DNA of 13,822 nt from assembly GCA_000388065.2 (NCBI GenBank), contig KB932205.1. The stretch is one strand, 5' to 3'. How positions within the stretch are numbered: position 1 is the first letter of the stretch; each line of letters opens with the position of its first letter. The notes beneath the pieces are model-generated. The model was not told the origin of the DNA and ran no database searches. It saw only the letters and a list, made by a program, of their open reading frames with translations. Below are positions 8,678 through 13,822 of the stretch, piece by piece. This DNA is from Fonticula alba ATCC 38817. Taxonomy: Eukaryota; Protista; Nucleariida. Position numbers and translations under genes: made by a program.

Positions 8678-9481
8678 CTCGCTCCTCGGTCAGACATCTG
8701 CGGAAGCTCATTTGTCCCCTTTCGAGGGCTAGGGGGGAAGTACTGACGATTGCCGAATGTTGGGGGGGGGGGGGGGTGCTCCCTCTTCTGTGGCCAGCAT
8801 CCGTCTCAAGGAACAGCGCGAGCATGCAAAGGTCGGTCCGTGGGAAGGACACCCGGCGGTTGGCTCGGCTCGGCTGGGGAGGGGGGTGGGCGCGGGCGAC
8901 TCTCTCGCCGTGCGTCCTGCTGCGGCGGGCCAGGCGGGTGGCCGCCGCCGTCCATTGGCACCGTCGGCGTGACCCGCACACGTGACCCGGCCGACGACCA
9001 TGCGCGCCGCGCCATCTCCACGCGTCGCACTTGCGCCTCGGTTGCGGCGCGCGTGTGTTTCCTTGCCAGCCCCGCGTTGGGCCCTCTGTACTCCTTCTTC
9101 GCCCGCCTGGTCTCTTGGCGAGTGTGTGCGTGTGCGGGTCTCGCCCCCCTCAGGGAGAAGTACGCTTGCTGTGAGGCAGGAGGGGGGGGGGGGGTACCTT
9201 CCAGTATATTGCTGCGGGCTGTTGTTCGCACCCTCAATGCGTCTCGTACCTCGCGCTGGGGCAGGGGCGGAGGACGGCCGAACTGCTTAAGGCCACCCGC
9301 CACACATCTCCAGGGCGATCGTGCCTCCCAGGCCATCGTACCTCTCTCCTTCTCTCCCTCTCTGCCTCCCTGCCTTCCTGCCTCTTGCCCCCTCCCCTTT
9401 CCAGTCCCTTCCACGCCCTTCACCTCCATCTCCCCTGTGTTCTTTTCTCCGTCCGGCGCCCCGTTGGCCCTCCAGATTTCT

Positions 9482-9637
9482 GTGCGTGCGCGCGCTTCCA
9501 CGCCCCTCGGTTCCCTTCGCCTTTTGCCCCTGTGCCGGCTGCCCGTTGCCCACTCAACTGACTCTCTTTCTCCCCCTTTCTTTCTTTCTCTCTCTTTCAT
9601 CATTTCTTCCTTTCCCCTCCGTCCCCGGTTGGCGCAG
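9482..9637 (+). other. Probable 5'-UTR intron of NIP7 (156 nt)
   Basis: GTGCGT donor (same as NIP7 introns 1 and 3), branch-like CAACTGAC at ~9555-9562, long pyrimidine tract, no AG until GGCGCAG| at 9636-9637, 5 nt before the ATG. Length is similar to the coding introns. Confidence 0.55.
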
Positions 9638-9642
9638 ACACC

Positions 9643-10741
9643 ATGCGGCCGCTCACTGACGAGGAGACTCGTGTTTTTTTCGAGAAGCTGATGAACTAGT
9701 GCGTGCCTTGGCCTCTTTCTTTCTTTCTTTCTCTCTCTCTCCCACCAAGATGGTACACGCGTGTATTTGCGTGTGTGTGTATGTACAATGCCTGTGGCAC
9801 TAACCCATTCCCTCCTTCCCTCTCTCTTTCCCGTGCACGCACGTGCGCATGTTCCTCCACCCTCCCGCTCCCCCCTGAACAGCATCGGGGATAACATTTC
9901 CTTCCTGGTCGAGCGGCCAGACGAGCCACACTGCTTCCGCCTTGTCAAGGATCGCGTCTACTACATGAGGTGCGCTTGCTGCCTCTTCGCTCCCTGCGTG
10001 ACTCTGTCTTCCTCTGCCCCCCCCCCCTTTCTCTTTCTCTCTTCCTCTCTCTCTCTCTCTCTCTTCCTCTCTCTCTCTCTCTATCTCCTTCTGACCCCCA
10101 CCTCATCGCCCCTGCCCTCGGATAACCCACCGCCTTCTCTCCCTCCGCTCGCCCGCCCAACAGCGAGAAGGTGATGCTTTGGTCCACCAACATGGCCCGC
10201 GACAACCTGCTGGCCCTGGGTACCTGCTTCGGCAAGTTCACCAAGACCGGCAAGTTCCGTCTGCACGTCACCGCCCTCGACTACCTGGCCCAGTATGCCA
10301 AGGTGCGTGTGGTGGTGCAGCACCCCCCTCCCTCCGGTGGCTCCCGTCTTTGTTTTCCCTGTCGCCCAAAGAGACACGGGGGCGGCCTCCTCTTTCCTCC
10401 TTGCCCCGGTGCTTCTCCTGCCTCCACCACTGACTCGCAATCGATTCTCCCCCCTCCTCCTCGCCCCTCGCCCCGCACAGTTCAAGGTCTGGATCAAGCC
10501 CAACGGCGAGATGTCCTTCCTGTACGGCAACCACATTGCCAAGGCCCATGTTGGCCGGCTGACCGATGACATCCCCATGTATGCTGGGGTGGTGGTCTTC
10601 AACATGGCCGACGTGCCGCTGGGCTTCGGCGTGGCGGCCCAGACGACCGAGGCCGCGCGCAAGCTCGACCCGACCGCCATCATGGCCTTCCACCAGGCCG
10701 ATGTGGGCGAGTACCTCCGCAGCGAGGATACCCTGGCGTAA
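9643..10741 (+). CDS. NIP7: 60S ribosome subunit biogenesis protein NIP7 (PUA-domain protein), 4 exons: 9643-9698, 9883-9969, 10164-10302, 10481-10741; 543 nt, 180 aa
   Basis: Spliced translation: [180 protein letters not shown]. It carries the NIP7 hallmarks [28 protein letters not shown] and LGFGV...ADVGEYLR. All junctions are GT-AG and phase-consistent (2,2,0). Confidence 0.97.
9699..9882 (+). other. NIP7 intron 1 (184 nt, phase 2)
   Basis: TA|GTGCGT...CACTAAC (9798-9804)...GAACAG|C; splits a Tyr codon and removes an apparent in-frame TAG. Confidence 0.93.
9970..10163 (+). other. NIP7 intron 2 (194 nt, phase 2) containing a (CT)n tract
   Basis: AG|GTGCGC...CTGAC (10091-10095)...CAACAG|C; no internal AG. 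Confidence 0.93.
10303..10480 (+). other. NIP7 intron 3 (178 nt, phase 0)
   Basis: AAG|GTGCGT...CACTGAC (10428-10434)...GCACAG|TTC. Confidence 0.93.
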
Positions 10742-11285
10742 GAGCCAGGGCCGGGGAGTGGCCCGAGGGACCGGCAGCCGGCCGGACCGGGCCCGGGGGG
10801 TCCACCGGGATGCCAGGCACCCGGCGGTAGCATGGACGTGTGTCCGCTGCGCTGCGGCGACATCCTTCCTCATTCCCAGCATGATGCCTCCTTCTGGTTG
10901 TGCGCGCATCGCACCGCTCCGGGGCGCTTGCACATGGCCGAGCACCGAGTAGTGGCACCGGGCCGAGGTCTTCTCCTCCCGGGGACGTGACTTTCTCCCC
11001 TCGCTGCAGTAGAGACGCCGCGCGCTGGCGAAGCAGCATGTGCACCCGGTTCCTCCCTCGTGCCCTCCCTTTGCGTCTTTTCCCCCTTCCCCCCCCCCCT
11101 CTCCTCTGTCCTTCTACCTCTCCACCTCCTGGATCCACTTGTTTTTTCATAAATATATCGTCAAAATTCGTCCAACAGTGTGTGCTGTGTCCGTCTTTTG
11201 TCGGCCTTCTCGTGAGCTGCCAGGAGCGGGTGCGGGGCAAGGGGGGAGGGTAAAGATCAGGTGGCGCGCGGGCGCCAGTCAGTGC

Positions 11286-11287
<2 letters not shown>

Positions 11288-11317
<30 letters not shown>
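11288..11317 (+). repeat. (TC)15 microsatellite
   Basis: Read directly. Confidence 0.9.
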
Positions 11318-11319
<2 letters not shown>

Positions 11320-11720
11320 CCGCTCTTTGTCCTCCTTTCTCGCGCATGCCTGGGCCCTGCCCCGCGGGAGGGCATTTGTCTGTTTTGACAGGGAAGGGCA
11401 GGGGTGGCGAAGTTGCCTGTGCTGGACCGGCATCGGACACGCTCGATCCCATTTTCTTGTACTGCCCGAGCGTGGCTTCTGCGGATTGAATATCGACTCA
11501 CCGGGCCGGCCCTGGTCTCCCGACTGGCTGGCACGGAGGACCCTCTGTCGGACGGCACTGTTGAGCTCCCTGGTCAAGAGGACTCCTTTACCAGGTCCAT
11601 GCATCGGCATACGCACGGATTTCACTTGTCACATTTGCTCCCCCGGAGGAGGACGAAGAGGAGAAGGAGGAGGGGCCATCTCGGGTGCGGATGCGGATGC
11701 GGATGGGGCAGGGGGGGGGG

Positions 11721-12446
11721 NNNNNNNNNNNNNNNNNNNNNNNNNNNNNNNNNNNNNNNNNNNNNNNNNNNNNNNNNNNNNNNNNNNNNNNNNNNNNNNN
11801 NNNNNNNNNNNNNNNNNNNNNNNNNNNNNNNNNNNNNNNNNNNNNNNNNNNNNNNNNNNNNNNNNNNNNNNNNNNNNNNNNNNNNNNNNNNNNNNNNNNN
11901 NNNNNNNNNNNNNNNNNNNNNNNNNNNNNNNNNNNNNNNNNNNNNNNNNNNNNNNNNNNNNNNNNNNNNNNNNNNNNNNNNNNNNNNNNNNNNNNNNNNN
12001 NNNNNNNNNNNNNNNNNNNNNNNNNNNNNNNNNNNNNNNNNNNNNNNNNNNNNNNNNNNNNNNNNNNNNNNNNNNNNNNNNNNNNNNNNNNNNNNNNNNN
12101 NNNNNNNNNNNNNNNNNNNNNNNNNNNNNNNNNNNNNNNNNNNNNNNNNNNNNNNNNNNNNNNNNNNNNNNNNNNNNNNNNNNNNNNNNNNNNNNNNNNN
12201 NNNNNNNNNNNNNNNNNNNNNNNNNNNNNNNNNNNNNNNNNNNNNNNNNNNNNNNNNNNNNNNNNNNNNNNNNNNNNNNNNNNNNNNNNNNNNNNNNNNN
12301 NNNNNNNNNNNNNNNNNNNNNNNNNNNNNNNNNNNNNNNNNNNNNNNNNNNNNNNNNNNNNNNNNNNNNNNNNNNNNNNNNNNNNNNNNNNNNNNNNNNN
12401 NNNNNNNNNNNNNNNNNNNNNNNNNNNNNNNNNNNNNNNNNNNNNN
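11721..12446. other. Assembly gap (726 N)
   Basis: Run of N, preceded by a G homopolymer. Confidence 0.99.
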
Positions 12447-12775
12447 GGGACGGGGCAGATAGCGCTGCGCTGAAGCCTCCGGACCTGTGCGCATGCGTGC
12501 GTGCGTGCGTCCGAGTGTGTTTTTGCGTCTTGATTCCTGGCTGTGCTCCCCGGCCCCGGCCCCCGGCCGCGGCCCCTTCGGTGAGTGGCCGCGGCCCGAA
12601 GGCGTCTTGCATGTCGAAAGGGGGGCCAGGGTGTGGCGAGTGATGGACACGCGGGGATGGATGCGGGCTGGAGCGAACATCGTCCTGGCTTCTCTTGGGG
12701 CCCCCTGCACCGGACTCTCACTCTCTTGTGAGGGGCCCCGGCGCAGGCGTGCGCATCAGTAAGAAGGGCGGAGCA

Positions 12776-12821
12776 GGGGGGGGGGGGGGGGGCCCGAAAA
12801 CCCCCCCCCCCCCCCCCCCCC
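12776..12821. repeat. Inverted homopolymer repeat G17-CCCGAAAA-C21
   Basis: Read directly; can form a 17-bp all-GC stem with an 8-nt loop. Confidence 0.8.
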
Positions 12822-13789
12822 GCGAGCCGCCGCCGCCCCGACGTGTCAAGCCGGGCTGCGTCGCCCATCCGTGCCAGAGCGTCTGTCACATTTGACCGGT
12901 CGGTCGCCCTGCCTGTTGTCGATCCAAGGAGGGGGGGGGGCGAGCCCTGCGCGGGTGCGCGAACCCGCGCGGGAGCAACATCGGGCGTGTGGCGTAAGGG
13001 GGGGGGGAGGGCGGCGGGGAAAACATAATCACAACGCGGTTCGGCGGGGGGAGGCGTGCAGGCGCATGCATGAGCTCACGCGTGCAACAAAGAATGCGCC
13101 CTGGCGCGTTCAACCTCCGAGCGCCCCGGCGCCAGGAGCCGGGCGCGTCCTGATCAACTGGAAATGCGTTCTGCCATAGCTCGCCCGGGGCCTCCCCCGG
13201 GCGGATGAGTCACTCGCGACTCCGGGGGGGGGGGGGGGGGGGGGGCGACCAAGGGGAACGGGCGTCCCCTGTGGGGGGCGCCTGTATGCCGTGCTGCGCG
13301 GCCCGGAGAGAAGCAGGGGCCCGGGCGGGGGCCGGAGCCCGGGGCGCCCCCAGTGCGAGGCCGCAGGCAGGGGGGGCCCTGAGGGCGGGGTTCCCTGGGT
13401 ACACGCGAGCCGCCAAGCAGGCCGAGATGCGGCGCCGGGGCCGGGGCCGGGGCGGCGGTGTAGCAAGGCCAGAGCGCCTGGTTTCCCCGGCCGGCCTGCC
13501 TGCCGACCTGGCACCCCCGTGCCCCGCCCCCCCTCTCGGCCGGGGAGCGGGCTGCGGGGACGTTGCTCCACGGCGGCGGCCTGGCGGTTACGGTAAATTG
13601 CACGGCGCCGCGGCGCATGGCAACGCCAGCACCAGGGCTCGCCCTACCTCCCCGGCGGCTGGGCGTTTGTTTCCCGGGCCGGGTCACCGCGCCCGCCGCC
13701 GGGACGCACTCGCCCGGAGCGGGACCATCACCCCGGCGACATGCGGCGAGGGGGGAGGCCTGCCGGCCCGCCGGCGACACAAATAGACC

Positions 13790-13822
13790 ATGCCGGCAAA
13801 TCATCGTGGGAGCGATCCCCCC
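13790..13822 (+). other. Possible start of a next gene (MPANHRGSDP...), truncated by the window edge
   Basis: gaccATG context resembles the accATG starts of DnaJ and NIP7 and follows a very GC-rich stretch. Only 11 codons are visible. Confidence 0.2.

Noticed and set aside
9516-9530. TCGCCTTTT resembling U5 snRNA loop I
   Set aside because: No flanking stem or Sm site; it lies in a pyrimidine-rich probable intron.
9754-9765. 12-bp palindrome TACACGCGTGTA in NIP7 intron 1
   Set aside because: Arises easily from CA/TG dinucleotide-rich sequence; no snoRNA boxes are around it.
10295-10741. 148-aa ORF as a stand-alone gene
   Set aside because: It is NIP7 exon 4 plus read-through of intron 3.
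4280-11559. Exact 13-bp repeat GTCGGACGGCACT at 4280-4292 and 11547-11559
   Set aside because: By rough estimate several such matches are expected by chance in 12.5 kb of GC-rich DNA, and the match does not extend.
11261-12889. ORFs spanning the second N gap
   Set aside because: Artefacts of translating Ns.
13138-13147. GCCGGGCGCG resembling the SRP RNA/Alu 5' end
   Set aside because: Similarity stops after 10 nt of pure G/C.
13206-13212. AP-1/Gcn4 site TGAGTCA
   Set aside because: Single 7-mer with no known downstream gene to link it to.
1-13822. tRNA, rRNA, CRISPR array or transposon
   Set aside because: No T-loop or cloverleaf, rRNA signature, repeat-spacer array, terminal repeats, or transposase/RT motifs seen by eye. 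The gaps (1,367 nt) cannot be assessed.

Overview
This is GC-rich eukaryotic genomic DNA with GT-AG introns, long G/C homopolymers, dinucleotide microsatellites and two assembly gaps (5914-6554 and 11721-12446). The style and the fungal-like NIP7 sequence suggest a unicellular holomycotan such as Fonticula (inference, not verified). Three + strand genes are supported: (1) a ~1,113-aa low-complexity Q/H/P/S/G/A-rich protein with no recognisable folded domain (434-3775); (2) a type I DnaJ/Hsp40 (DNAJA/Ydj1-like) with an uninterrupted CDS ending in a CaaX box (6662-7879); (3) the 60S biogenesis factor NIP7, 4 coding exons and 180 aa (9643-10741), which the ORF track shows only in fragments. I saw no tRNA, rRNA, CRISPR array or transposon and cannot support a clearly novel multi-gene system. 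The best leads are regulatory or splicing-level: two overlapping splice donors on the DnaJ stop codon, acceptor signals just upstream of every start codon, a perfect heat-shock element, a SUMO-interacting-type motif in the disordered protein, a G17/C21 fold-back, and possible hidden spliced genes between DnaJ and NIP7.
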